DNA from: an uncultured Chloroflexia bacterium
GTDB lineage: Bacteria; Chloroflexota; Anaerolineae; Anaerolineales; Anaerolineaceae
Assembly (NCBI GenBank): GCA_963765655.1
Contig: CAVXXH010000004.1
Coordinates: 21,040-85,039, forward strand
Reading direction: 5' to 3'
DNA length: 64,000 bases
Part shown: positions 47,074-57,433 of the stretch, in pieces
Layout of the letters: each line of letters opens with the position of its first letter
Position numbering within the stretch: position 1 is the first letter of the stretch
Translations under genes and position numbers: made by a program
The notes under the pieces: model-generated
What the model saw: the letters and a program-made list of their open reading frames with translations, nothing else
The model's database searches: none
What the model was told of the DNA's origin: nothing

Positions 47074-48495
47074 TTAGGGTATTAACCACAAAGCTAACTT
47101 AGGTGTAGCCCAAACTTCAATCATAGCAGCAAGAAACATCATGGGTATTACCAAACCTAGCATTATTTTTGCCCAACTGGCAATTGACTTAATCCAAACT
47201 TCTCCAATCGTTTGTTGGACATCTGGTGTGGCGAGCATGACCCCAATTTGATAAATTGCAGCTGTCGCAATGACTGCCGCTGGAATTTCAAAGATCCCAT
47301 GAGGAAGGATAAAGCCTATGAAGTAAGTACTTACACTCAGACCGGCATACCCTAATAAACCCATTATGTATCCAACAATTCCGACAGAAGCGAACAATGG
47401 CAGCACACCAAATATTCCCAGCGTTATCACACCCAGAATAAAAGCTAACAATAATACCCGAATATTCTGCCAGAAAATTGAGATAACCGGAGAAAAATTA
47501 CCAAAAGACCAATTCTGACTCAATAGCGTCAGTTGTTCTTGCATATTTTCCACACCTAATTGTTCAATTGGAAACTCAAATTTGGTTATTTGTGATTTTC
47601 CAACAAAAAAAGCGACCAGAACAAGCAGACTGACTATTAAAATGGAATAACGAATTTCTTTGATGTAAGGAAAAACTTCAAATTGATACCAATTCTTAAG
47701 GTTGGTTGCATTCCCAAGAAAATTCATTCGGAACACCTTCCACCCCCAACGAAAGTTGAGAACATCAATGTCTCGGCCCAGTAATTCTTCCCGGCTAAAA
47801 TGTGCCAGCCCAATTCTTAATAATAATATCGCCAGAATAGATAAGCCAAAAACAACCCACCATAGGGTTGCATAATTTCCCCAAAACATTACAATACTTT
47901 CCCCCTGAATCAACAATGCCATGGGGATGATAATAAAACTCGCCAGTAAATTCGCTGCGCGAACCGAAGTCGCCTGAGTTGAAACAACCACGGCTCCGGC
48001 AACCATCACAACAGCCTGAATAATCGTAATCGCAACAATTTGAATGATTAAGTGCCATTCCGGCAAGGGAACATCATTAATGATCAATCCAATACAATAC
48101 ACCAAAATACCAACAAAACTGGCAAACAATGGCGGTACGATTGAGGAAATCAATTTTCCAATATAGATTTGCCAATCCAATAATGGTGTATTGAATAAAG
48201 GTTCAATACTCCCGCGTTCTTTTTCTCCCACGAAACTCTCTAAAGCAATTACCAACGAAACCGATATCGGGAAGAAGCCAACAATCATCATCGAAAATGG
48301 AACCAGTCGTTCACCAACGATTGAAGCACCATATCGATTGACGAATTGGAGAACTTGCGCTGTGGTGAAATTCATTAAAAAAGGAAAGAATATTGTTAAC
48401 CCAAGGATGGGAAAAATGATGCGCCAATCCCGAAATTGATCGCGTACCTCTCGTTTCGTAATCACCATGGCTTGTTTCAGTTGATTAACTATCAT
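47074..48495 (-). CDS. ABC-2-type permease fused to a SpoIIM/DUF95-like membrane domain
   Basis: About 12 TM helices. The N-terminal half is ABC-2-like (follows the ATPase with an 11-nt overlap). The C-terminal half has the DUF95 signature LPHGIFEIPAAVIA. Confidence 0.7.
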   Translation of the reverse strand: MIVNQLKQAMVITKREVRDQFRDWRIIFPILGLTIFFPFLMNFTTAQVLQFVNRYGASIVGERLVPFSMMIVGFFPISVSLVIALESFVGEKERGSIEPLFNTPLLDWQIYIGKLISSIVPPLFASFVGILVYCIGLIINDVPLPEWHLIIQIVAITIIQAVVMVAGAVVVSTQATSVRAANLLASFIIIPMALLIQGESIVMFWGNYATLWWVVFGLSILAILLLRIGLAHFSREELLGRDIDVLNFRWGWKVFRMNFLGNATNLKNWYQFEVFPYIKEIRYSILIVSLLVLVAFFVGKSQITKFEFPIEQLGVENMQEQLTLLSQNWSFGNFSPVISIFWQNIRVLLLAFILGVITLGIFGVLPLFASVGIVGYIMGLLGYAGLSVSTYFIGFILPHGIFEIPAAVIATAAIYQIGVMLATPDVQQTIGEVWIKSIASWAKIMLGLVIPMMFLAAMIEVWATPKLALWLIP

Positions 48496-49417
48496 TGTTA
48501 CTCATCTTTATCTGGTTAATGGCACTCAAATAAGCATCTTCCAACTTGATTGGAACTTCTTCAAAGGACAATAAATTATATTTTTCGGATAGTAACCGAA
48601 TCAAATCTGGATTTTGTATGTTCGGTTTCTCCACCTTAAAATAAATGGAGCTTTCATTTCGGTTTACAATCTGAATACCATCGGGTAATTTAAGATTTTT
48701 CTCAATATTCGGATTAACAAATTTTGCAGCAAACACAGGTGACCCTACCAATGAAATTTTTACTTCCTGCATGGATTGATTTAAGATGATATTGCCTTCC
48801 TGAATGATTGCAATTTGATCACACAGTTCTTCAGCTTCCACCAGATTATGTGTGCATAAAATGATTGTTCGGTCTTTGTTACTTAAGCTTTTTATGGCAG
48901 AACGAACGATCTTTGCACTTTCTGGATCCATTGCAGAGGTTGGTTCATCCAGTAATAAAACCGGTGGCTCATGAATGAGTGCTCTCACAAGAGCCAATTT
49001 TTGACGCATTCCTTTTGAGTATTCGCCTAGTCGTTTCTTCCGGTATTGAACCATCCCTAATTGTTCTAAGAGGGGATTTATTTTATTCAGTGTGTGGGAA
49101 CGTGAATATCCATAGAGTTCACCAAAGAAAATCAGATATTCATCCGCGTTCATTCTGCCATACAAACCATGATGTTCGGTTAATACTCCAACCATCTTGC
49201 GAACTTCTGAAGGTTGGGTATACACATCATAACCGGCGATTTTTGCCCAACCACTACTAGGTCTGAGTATGGATGACAACATTCGAACTGTAGTGGTTTT
49301 TCCAGCACCATTCGGTCCTAATAATGCAAGGATTTGCCCAGATTGGACATTCAGGTTTATTTGATTAACTGCCGTAAAATCATCAAAGATTTTGGTCAGT
49401 TCATGCGTTTCAATCAA
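48485..49417 (-). CDS. ABC transporter ATP-binding protein
   Basis: GPNGAGKTT, YSKGMRQKLALVRAL and LLLDEPTSAMD. TTG start. Confidence 0.9.
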   Translation of the reverse strand: MIETHELTKIFDDFTAVNQINLNVQSGQILALLGPNGAGKTTTVRMLSSILRPSSGWAKIAGYDVYTQPSEVRKMVGVLTEHHGLYGRMNADEYLIFFGELYGYSRSHTLNKINPLLEQLGMVQYRKKRLGEYSKGMRQKLALVRALIHEPPVLLLDEPTSAMDPESAKIVRSAIKSLSNKDRTIILCTHNLVEAEELCDQIAIIQEGNIILNQSMQEVKISLVGSPVFAAKFVNPNIEKNLKLPDGIQIVNRNESSIYFKVEKPNIQNPDLIRLLSEKYNLLSFEEVPIKLEDAYLSAINQIKMSNNDS

Positions 49418-49450
49418 CTTTCCTCGCTTAAGAAATTAATTCTGTTTTTC

Positions 49451-50293
49451 CTATCCAGCTTTCTGAGGAACTGCTGGAAATTCTTCTAAACTCTGTTTAT
49501 CTTTTAATATCGTTCTCTTTAAAACGAGAATGATTAATGAGGAGATGGCAATGATTGCCATGGTTGTCTGGTTTGCATTGATTCCACCCACGTTAGACGG
49601 ATCCAGTCGGATAAATTCCAATAAGAACCTGCCGATTGGATATATAACCAGATAAATCAGGAAAATATCACCTCTAAATAATTTCTCTTTTAATTTTCTC
49701 CCAAGAATTAATAAAACTGCCATATTCATTAAATTCCACAGAGATTCGTATAAGAACATTGGGTGGTAATAAGCCACATCCATGTATTCTGCTAATCTGC
49801 GGGATGGTTCAATAAAAATTGCCCAGGGTAGGTCCGTTGGTGCACCATATAATTCCTGATTAATAAAATTTCCCCACCTGCCCACTGCCTGAGCAAGTGC
49901 CAGTCCGGGAGCGATAATATCCACCCAGGAAGCAAAACTCAATTTCTTTTTCCGGGTATAAAGCCATAATGCCAAAGCTCCACCCATGACTGCACCTGGA
50001 ATACCCAATCCCCCTGCACGTACATTAATCGCATCCAAAGGATGTGTCAGATAATATTGTGTTGTAATTCCCATTTCGACCATGGAAGCTGGAGGTGTGA
50101 GAATATGCCAGATTCGTGCACCGATAATACCAGCAATCAGTAGCCAGGGCATCACATCCCAAACTATATCTGAATTATGGCCACGTCGTTTTGCTTCAAC
50201 AGTCGCCAACCAGGCTGCCAGAACAGCCCCAAACATAATAATAACGCCGTAAAAATGAATAAATAATTTACCAATATAAAAACCTTCAGGCAT
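49451..50293 (-). CDS. lgt: Prolipoprotein diacylglyceryl transferase
   Basis: IHFYGVIIMFG, GGLGIPGAVMGG and GRWGNFINQELYG. Confidence 0.9.
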   Translation of the reverse strand: MPEGFYIGKLFIHFYGVIIMFGAVLAAWLATVEAKRRGHNSDIVWDVMPWLLIAGIIGARIWHILTPPASMVEMGITTQYYLTHPLDAINVRAGGLGIPGAVMGGALALWLYTRKKKLSFASWVDIIAPGLALAQAVGRWGNFINQELYGAPTDLPWAIFIEPSRRLAEYMDVAYYHPMFLYESLWNLMNMAVLLILGRKLKEKLFRGDIFLIYLVIYPIGRFLLEFIRLDPSNVGGINANQTTMAIIAISSLIILVLKRTILKDKQSLEEFPAVPQKAG

Positions 50294-50302
50294 TTTTCAC
50301 CT

Positions 50303-50944
50303 CTATTTATTTTCTTTATTTAATCCCACGACATCCCGGGCAAGATAAGCCTGTTTACGAACTGACCAAATCCTTTGTAATGCGGTGAAATTAGCCAGGA
50401 GTGCCAGAACCCATAAGGCAACCATGGGAATATTGAAGATTAGACATGGAATCAGAATGATCAAGCGTTCTAACCTGGTCATGATTCCAACTTTTGCATC
50501 ATAATTCAATGCCTCTGCTCGTGCCCGATTGTAGGAAACCATAATGGAACCTGCTGCAGCAAAGAAAACCAGCATGATTGCTAATGTGTTATGAATTTTG
50601 GCATAGTGAAATAACAAGCCAGCAAAAACAATCAGTTCCGAATACCGATCAGTGACAGAATCAACAAAGCCACCAAACCTTGTTGGTTCATTTCTAAGCC
50701 TTGCCATGGTGCCATCCAACGCATCGATGGGAGCAAAAACTAATAAAATAATGCCGCCCCACATGATTTCACCAAAAGCAATAAATATTGCTGATATAAT
50801 GTGACCGACCAAACCCAGGATGGTGATCATATTCGGTTTGAAACCAAGGTTATTTAGAAAATTCCCAATCGGGTCTAGAATTCCTTTGAATTTCTTTCTC
50901 ATCAGGTCAGAAAAGCTTAATTTTTTCTTTTCAGATATATCCAA
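50303..50944 (-). CDS. CDP-alcohol phosphatidyltransferase family protein
   Basis: DALDGTMAR........GGFVDSVTDRYSE matches D..DG..AR...G...D...D. Confidence 0.85.
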   Translation of the reverse strand: MDISEKKKLSFSDLMRKKFKGILDPIGNFLNNLGFKPNMITILGLVGHIISAIFIAFGEIMWGGIILLVFAPIDALDGTMARLRNEPTRFGGFVDSVTDRYSELIVFAGLLFHYAKIHNTLAIMLVFFAAAGSIMVSYNRARAEALNYDAKVGIMTRLERLIILIPCLIFNIPMVALWVLALLANFTALQRIWSVRKQAYLARDVVGLNKENK

Positions 50945-51027
50945 AATCCACCTACAATTTCAAAATTTTTGATTTGCTTATCCTATCGTACGGCTAAAGA
51001 ACTGTCAAGACAAAAGCTTGGAAATCT

Positions 51028-53238
51028 TTATTCCTCTTCCTCACCAGCATTCTTCATATCTTCCCAATTATCGTTTGAATCAATCATTACTTCTCGATCC
51101 TTCCCTCCGCCCTGACTGGGACCGACAACCCCCATTTCTTCCAATTGATCTAATAATCTAGCAGCTCTAGGGAATCCAATCCGAAGTCGGCGTTGTAATA
51201 ATGAGGCCGATGCTCTGCGACTTGTTTTCACCAATTCAATCGCTTGCTTCACCAGATCATCTCCCCCCTCTTCTTGCATTACCTTCATAAGACCTTCCCA
51301 AGGCGCGGGTTCATCTAACTTGATTAGTTCTGATTGTCGCCAGAAATCAATAATTTGATCAATTTCGTGGTCAGTAACAATTACACCCTGTGCCCGTTGC
51401 GGAGCTCCTACATCTGGCGCAAGGAAAAGCATGTCTCCTTTTCCCATCAAAGATTCCGCCCCATTAACATCCAGAATAACCCGGGAATCGATGGATGATG
51501 CTACCGTGAAAGCAATTCTTGCTGGGAAATTGGCTTTAATCAAACCCGTTACAACATCAACGCTTGGGCGTTGTGTAGCGACAATCAGATGCATCCCTAC
51601 AGCTCGAGCCATTTGAGCCAATCGTACCAGGCTATGCTCTGTTTGATCTGGTGAAGATAACATCAAATCAGCCAGTTCATCGACGATAATCACAATTCTG
51701 GGTAAAGTGGCTTGAATTTTCTTCAACATTTTTGTGTTATAAGCATCCAGATCTCTCGCTTTAGCCTCTTCTAATAGGCGGTAGCGCTGATCCATTTCTG
51801 ATATTGCCCAGCGTAAAACCCCCACCATGCGGTCAATAGAAGTTTCTACTTTACCCAGCAAATGAGGGACACCATTAAACCTCACCAATTCAACCATCTT
51901 TGGATCCAACATTGCTATTCGGAGATTATCCGGGGAATTATTCATCAGCAAACAGGTCGTGATGGCACTGACACAGACCGACTTTCCTGATCCCGTTGTA
52001 CCTGCGATGAGCAGATGCGGCATCTTGATCAAATCAGCGATGACTGGTTGACCGGAAACATCCTGTCCTAATGCAAGACTTAATGGCGAGCGGAGTTTTT
52101 GAAACACTTCGGATTCGAGTATTGGTCTTAAACGCACCATTTTAGATTGCATATTCGGTACTTCTATACCAACATATGATCTGCCCGGAACAGGAGCTTC
52201 TACCCTTAACCGTTCAGCTGACAACGCTAACGCAAGGTCGCGGGCGAGAGAAGAAATTTGAGATACACGCACTTTATGTTTACTGACAGTGCCATCTGGA
52301 TTCTCTTTTTCAACGAACCCTGGTTCAACCGCAAATTGTGTAACAGTCGGGCCGATACGATAACCGGCTACCCTGGCAGGCACTCCAAATTCGTCCAGGG
52401 TTTTTTCTATTTGTTCACCCATCACCTGCACCTGAACATTATCCATCACAAAAACCTGTTCAGCAGCTAATAGGTCAAAAGGAGGTAAATTTTCCTGCCG
52501 ATCAATGTTAGGCGCAGGTGTCATAACAGTCTGGCTTTTAAGTTTCTCAAGGATTTTTTCATCTCTCGATAATTTTTGTGTTAAATCATCTTCAGAAGAA
52601 TTTAAACTGGTAAAGCCTGCTAATTCATCCAATCCTTTATTTTGAATATAGGCTTCTGTCCATGCATCCAGTTTTTTGATGAGAAAAGAGAAAAAACCAG
52701 TCCCGAGAGCAAAACTGATGATGAAAAGAAAAATAAGCAGAATTGAGAGGATTGGTTCTGGCATAATTCTGGAGAATAAATTTGCCAATCCCCAACCAAT
52801 AAATCCTCCATCCATCCCTGCTTCTGCCCTTTGTAAATCCATGCCCCCATAAATAGAGAGTAAAGCAATTAAAACAAAAAAACTTAATTCAAATGCTAAA
52901 ACACGTGATAATGGGAACTGAATATCTCCGAAAATTCTTTTTCGAAAACTCCAAAATCCAATCGCTGCAAACACAATAACAAAACAATAACTTCCCCAAC
53001 CAAACCATTGGGTTAGTAAGTTGGTCCAATTTGATATGAGACTTCCTACCGTCCAACCGATCAATCCAAACAATGTTAATACAGCAATTGCAAACATGGA
53101 GACACCAAAAAAATCCAGACCATATCTGCTCAAGATGGGTTGAATTTTGCTTAACCAGTTTGGGTGATGATCAGTTGGATTTTGATCTTTTTCCAGCGAA
53201 TATTGTTTGTTTTTAATGTTCTCTGATTTTTTACTCAT
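51028..53238 (-). CDS. ftsK: DNA translocase FtsK
   Basis: N-terminal TM helices, PHLLIAGTTGSGKSV, VIIVDELADLM, ATQRPSVDV and a gamma wHTH (ASASLLQRRLRIGFPRAARLLDQLE). Confidence 0.93.
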   Translation of the reverse strand: MSKKSENIKNKQYSLEKDQNPTDHHPNWLSKIQPILSRYGLDFFGVSMFAIAVLTLFGLIGWTVGSLISNWTNLLTQWFGWGSYCFVIVFAAIGFWSFRKRIFGDIQFPLSRVLAFELSFFVLIALLSIYGGMDLQRAEAGMDGGFIGWGLANLFSRIMPEPILSILLIFLFIISFALGTGFFSFLIKKLDAWTEAYIQNKGLDELAGFTSLNSSEDDLTQKLSRDEKILEKLKSQTVMTPAPNIDRQENLPPFDLLAAEQVFVMDNVQVQVMGEQIEKTLDEFGVPARVAGYRIGPTVTQFAVEPGFVEKENPDGTVSKHKVRVSQISSLARDLALALSAERLRVEAPVPGRSYVGIEVPNMQSKMVRLRPILESEVFQKLRSPLSLALGQDVSGQPVIADLIKMPHLLIAGTTGSGKSVCVSAITTCLLMNNSPDNLRIAMLDPKMVELVRFNGVPHLLGKVETSIDRMVGVLRWAISEMDQRYRLLEEAKARDLDAYNTKMLKKIQATLPRIVIIVDELADLMLSSPDQTEHSLVRLAQMARAVGMHLIVATQRPSVDVVTGLIKANFPARIAFTVASSIDSRVILDVNGAESLMGKGDMLFLAPDVGAPQRAQGVIVTDHEIDQIIDFWRQSELIKLDEPAPWEGLMKVMQEEGGDDLVKQAIELVKTSRRASASLLQRRLRIGFPRAARLLDQLEEMGVVGPSQGGGKDREVMIDSNDNWEDMKNAGEEEE

Positions 53239-54190
53239 CCATCAGACCTAAACCTAGCCGTCTTCTTTCTATATCTATGTGGAGTATTTTAACAGGTACC
53301 ACCTGACCGGTCATAAACATACTGTCAAGATCTTTTTGTGCTGATCCTAGCTGAATGGACGAAATATGAATCAACCCTTCCACACCTTCATCCAGGCGGG
53401 CAAATACCCCAAAGCGGGTGATAGCTGTCACAGTTGCTGACACAATGTCACCTATGACATACATTTCTGCCAATGACTCCCAGGGATTTCTGAACAGACG
53501 TTTTAGGCTTAATGCAATTCTGGCACTTTCTTCACTGACTTGTAATACCAGCACTTTAATAGGTTGACCTAACGATAAGATCTCTCCTGGATGCTGTACC
53601 CGCCCCCATGACAATTCTGAAACGTGAATCAATCCTTCCACACCACCCAGATCTACAAATACGCCAAAATCCGTTATATTGGTGATGATACCGTTGACAA
53701 TCGATCCAGTTTTCAACGTCTGAAATAATGCTTTCCGACTGCCTTCACCCGCCAGAGCAGCCCTCTCAGACAAAACAACTCTTTCCTGACCTGGCTCACA
53801 TTCGATAACTTTTAACCTGATCGTTTTTCCAACATAATTTGTCAGAATTGAGCGTTTTTCTTCTTCCTCACATTCATTGGAGGATTCAATCAGGTGAGAT
53901 AATGGCACAAATCCCTGAATACTATCCCCTTGAACTAATAATCCCCCACGATTGAATCCCTGAACAAACAACGCCACGATCTCATCATGATCAAAAACAG
54001 ATTGAACCTTTTCCCAATCTACTATCAAAGCACCTGTGGATAGTGATATTCTTGTTTCGCTATCCTGAACCTCGGGTTCCAGAATTTCTTCATCAGCCAG
54101 TACAGATGCCCACCACCCTTCATCCATAGGTGGTAAATCTGGTTCATTCTTGATTTTGCTTTGATACATAAACATCTTCCTCCAAACCAA
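53231..54190 (-). CDS. S1 RNA-binding domain protein (three S1 repeats, RpsA-like)
   Basis: Repeats of G.IV.G.(V/I)..I..FG.FV.L..G(V/I)EGLIH(V/I)SE. The start position is uncertain. Confidence 0.8.
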   Translation of the reverse strand: MVWRKMFMYQSKIKNEPDLPPMDEGWWASVLADEEILEPEVQDSETRISLSTGALIVDWEKVQSVFDHDEIVALFVQGFNRGGLLVQGDSIQGFVPLSHLIESSNECEEEEKRSILTNYVGKTIRLKVIECEPGQERVVLSERAALAGEGSRKALFQTLKTGSIVNGIITNITDFGVFVDLGGVEGLIHVSELSWGRVQHPGEILSLGQPIKVLVLQVSEESARIALSLKRLFRNPWESLAEMYVIGDIVSATVTAITRFGVFARLDEGVEGLIHISSIQLGSAQKDLDSMFMTGQVVPVKILHIDIERRRLGLGLMDE

Positions 54191-54233
54191 CCAATTTCTT
54201 GAGATTTAAACTCAAAAAATCAGAAAAGATTGC

Positions 54234-56156
54234 TCATAAATCAGGGATACTGTCTTCATTGCGTGCTTCTTTTTCCATTTCAATAATTTTGTTGGCAACC
54301 GATTCGATCGCTACCCTTTGTTTTCTATATAAATCTGCCTCTGACATGGATAATTTGATGGCAATTTCCCGAACTTTTCTTCCTTCCAGAAACTTCATCT
54401 CTAAAATATTATACAGTATCCATTCAGCTGTAAAGCGTCTTTCACCCTCAGGTTTTACCTGGTTTATGGCATCTCTTAAAATCGAGCGTAAGGCATTTGC
54501 TTTATTGCCTTCCCCTTCATCAGCGGCTTCCTGAACTACCTGCAATTCCAATAATGGATTATCAGTTAATTTTGGTCCACCCCAAAAATGAGTTAGTGCA
54601 TCTTTAACCCAGGTCGCCAAATCTCCACTTTGAATTGGATCAACTACAGAAAAGACTCGTTCACGATCAAATCGACCCCGAGAACGTAATTGTTGAATGG
54701 TATTAACTCTTGAGCTTAATTTTTCCATAGAATCAAAAATCTCAATTTGCATACGTCGATCACTTAATGCTGAAGAAGCTCTTTCAACCATCATTGTTAA
54801 TGCACTTTTTTGCTCTTCGTCCAGTTCTTGCACATTAATGCCAGCTAATCCCAGGATTCCAATCAATTCTTTTTGCTCCTGATCCCCATTCGTTCTTGAT
54901 TTTAGAGGAAATAAAGAAGCATTTTCCCACTGGAAAATCTCAGGGAAATCACCATTTTCTATAACTAATTTGGATAGCTCATCAGAAATCTTCTGATCGT
55001 TTAACTGGATTTTTCCATTTGTAAGCACCAATTCAAGTCCATCTTCATTGATCGAAACAATAAATGAGCCAGATGCCTGTAATCTATCCATCAGTGCCGA
55101 TAAAATCATCTCCAGAAACTCCAAAAGATCATTACGGGTTAGTAATCTATTTTCCAGAGTCTGTAAGATTTCAATATCCTTCTGATCATTCCCATAGAAA
55201 AACCACTTCTCACCCAATGGAGACAATAGTGTGATTAAATGTTGAAATATTACAATTGTTGCCACCATGAAAATCGGTATAAACAATTCAAAATCATAAC
55301 CAAAAACAGCCCCTGTTCGTCTGACAATCGTTGTTAATCCCAGTGTAATACTTGCAGTTACAGGTCCACGCATAATCCATTTAAGCAATCTGGTTTTTAC
55401 TACCCGATCTGACCAGGCAACTCCAAAAAATGCCACTGCATATGCCATCATAATAATCAAAAAGTAAAAGACCAGATTGCTAACCGTGGCTACGATCCAG
55501 AACATTCCATCAAGGCGATCTGCCACACCAGATCCATACAACAAGAATGGGAACGATCCAATAGCTGGTGCCAACGCACCGATAACTAAATACCCCATCC
55601 TACGTCGACTGACAGGTGTGACGGTGCGAATATATGCCCTGAAAAAATTGATCCAGGAAAGTAGCATGATGATCCAATAGTAGACTGTGAATAATTCTGT
55701 GATCAGCGTTCTTTCCAAATGCGGCGCAGAAACCTGGTCTGTCGTAATTGACCCTACAAGAATATCAAATGGGATAAGAATTAATAGGAATAAAGAGAAT
55801 AAATAAGTAATTCGAACAGCCCAACGCCTTCGCCATCGGCTGGGACGACCCGTCGTAGCGACAAGGGCATCAGAAAAATGTAAATAGGTCGGTGGTAATA
55901 ATACGATTCCCAACCATTGTAATTTGAGCCAGAATTCCATATTTGTTTCATCAATAGCGATGCCACCTAAGGCCTCAGCAGTGAATACAATCACCACACA
56001 AACCAGAATCATAGCAAAAGACCGGGCAACCCGATCTTTGAGATTAAATGTTAGCGCATATAATAACAATGAAAATGCTGTTATTGCTATCCCAGCTGTA
56101 AGGATATCGTTTATTGTCCGAACAAGATTAATGAAACCTTCAATCCAATTGACCAT
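54234..56156 (-). CDS. Polytopic membrane protein (8-9 TM, HK-7TM-like) with cytoplasmic region ending in a sigma-70 region-4-like HTH
   Basis: TM helices span aa 20-300. The C-terminus WILYNILEMKFLEGRKVREIAIKLSMSEADLYRKQRVAIESVANKI resembles the region 4.2 / LuxR-type HTH pattern. The assignment is by eye. Confidence 0.55.
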   Translation of the reverse strand: MVNWIEGFINLVRTINDILTAGIAITAFSLLLYALTFNLKDRVARSFAMILVCVVIVFTAEALGGIAIDETNMEFWLKLQWLGIVLLPPTYLHFSDALVATTGRPSRWRRRWAVRITYLFSLFLLILIPFDILVGSITTDQVSAPHLERTLITELFTVYYWIIMLLSWINFFRAYIRTVTPVSRRRMGYLVIGALAPAIGSFPFLLYGSGVADRLDGMFWIVATVSNLVFYFLIIMMAYAVAFFGVAWSDRVVKTRLLKWIMRGPVTASITLGLTTIVRRTGAVFGYDFELFIPIFMVATIVIFQHLITLLSPLGEKWFFYGNDQKDIEILQTLENRLLTRNDLLEFLEMILSALMDRLQASGSFIVSINEDGLELVLTNGKIQLNDQKISDELSKLVIENGDFPEIFQWENASLFPLKSRTNGDQEQKELIGILGLAGINVQELDEEQKSALTMMVERASSALSDRRMQIEIFDSMEKLSSRVNTIQQLRSRGRFDRERVFSVVDPIQSGDLATWVKDALTHFWGGPKLTDNPLLELQVVQEAADEGEGNKANALRSILRDAINQVKPEGERRFTAEWILYNILEMKFLEGRKVREIAIKLSMSEADLYRKQRVAIESVANKIIEMEKEARNEDSIPDL

Positions 56157-56179
56157 ATTAAATTACCAATAAATTCGTT

Positions 56180-56719
56180 TCATTTTAGATATTTGGAAAA
56201 GAAAAGAGCTATGTCCTTATTAGGATAATATGAATCATTATATCCGGAAAACTCAAATCCTAATTTAAAAGCCAGTTTGATCGCCGGATAACTTTTAGGT
56301 GGCACTTCAAGTGTAAGTCTGCGGTTTCCCCGTTGAATTGCCCAATTTTGGGCGGCTAAAACCATGGCTGTTCCAACTCCCTGCCGCCTTATAGGATTAT
56401 CAACAACCAGGTCTCTGATAACAGCAGATTGAATTTCCAATACTTCAATTAATCGGATGTAACCAACGTGCTGACCATTGTGGATTGCAACCATTAATCC
56501 AGGTGCCTGTTGCCATTCATTTTCCAATAATTCAACTTGTCTGGGATAAGCAACCTGGGTTGGTCTTGGTAAGCGAATTTCCCGAAATGAGATCAGGAAT
56601 TGACCGTCTTCAATCGTTCGGTCCATTTGCCAGACATAATTTGACTTACAGGAATGATCTAAAGAGATCAACTCATTAATATCTGCGGATACTGCTTGTC
56701 GGATTTCAATTTGTGGCAT
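56180..56719 (-). CDS. GNAT-family N-acetyltransferase
   Basis: LVVDNPIRRQGVGTAMVLAAQNWA. Confidence 0.75.
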   Translation of the reverse strand: MPQIEIRQAVSADINELISLDHSCKSNYVWQMDRTIEDGQFLISFREIRLPRPTQVAYPRQVELLENEWQQAPGLMVAIHNGQHVGYIRLIEVLEIQSAVIRDLVVDNPIRRQGVGTAMVLAAQNWAIQRGNRRLTLEVPPKSYPAIKLAFKLGFEFSGYNDSYYPNKDIALFFSKYLK

Positions 56720-56731
56720 TTTCTCTCTCCA

Positions 56732-57430
56732 TTATTGATTAATTACTCGTACAGAAACGATACAGGCAGGGTATTCATTATTATCATTATCTAAAACAAC
56801 CAACCGTAACAAATAATCGCCTGGAACTATCTGGGATGTGTTCCATAAGCCAATTTGATCTTCGATGACTACTTTATTATCACCTGCAATTGTTTTCCAA
56901 AATACATTTCCGGGTTCAGTGTACTCATATTTATAAAAACCAAAATTTTCTATATTCACCGTGCCAATTAATTGCACAACATCTTCAATTTCAGATGCTG
57001 GTTCAGGAAAAATCCATTCGATTTCTCCAGGGATGCATCCATCCTGGGTTAAAGTAGGAGTTGGGGATGAAGTTTCATCATTTTCCACAAAAGCAACTGG
57101 TGGATTCGTTGGTGAAGGGGAAGCCAGAATATCGATAGTTGGTGTAGCAAGGTTGGTCTGGTCAGGCATTAAACTGCTGGAATACGTCACAAAAAAAAAC
57201 TCACCTACAAATAGAATAAATATAAGCAACAAAATGGAAAGCGCTGACCTGAATTTTCGTTGAGCAATGTCACGCTCCAAACCAAAAGCTGCTTCACGCC
57301 AGTTACCGATCGCTGTAAATAATCTGGAAAAGAAAATGAGCGAGATAAGTCCGAGAATTACATAGAACCAGATCTCAAACTCAATTAGAAAATCAAGAAT
57401 TTCAGTCATACCAGACCATAACCACCGCAA
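56732..57430 (-). CDS. Hypothetical membrane protein with an extracellular beta-rich C-terminal domain
   Basis: Two TM helices, a P/T/S linker, then a C-terminal domain (GEIEWIFPE...VQLIGTVNIENFGFYKYEY...DYLLRLVVLD). The start is uncertain (57430 or 57409). Confidence 0.5.
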   Translation of the reverse strand: MRWLWSGMTEILDFLIEFEIWFYVILGLISLIFFSRLFTAIGNWREAAFGLERDIAQRKFRSALSILLLIFILFVGEFFFVTYSSSLMPDQTNLATPTIDILASPSPTNPPVAFVENDETSSPTPTLTQDGCIPGEIEWIFPEPASEIEDVVQLIGTVNIENFGFYKYEYTEPGNVFWKTIAGDNKVVIEDQIGLWNTSQIVPGDYLLRLVVLDNDNNEYPACIVSVRVINQ

Positions 57431-57433
57431 TCA

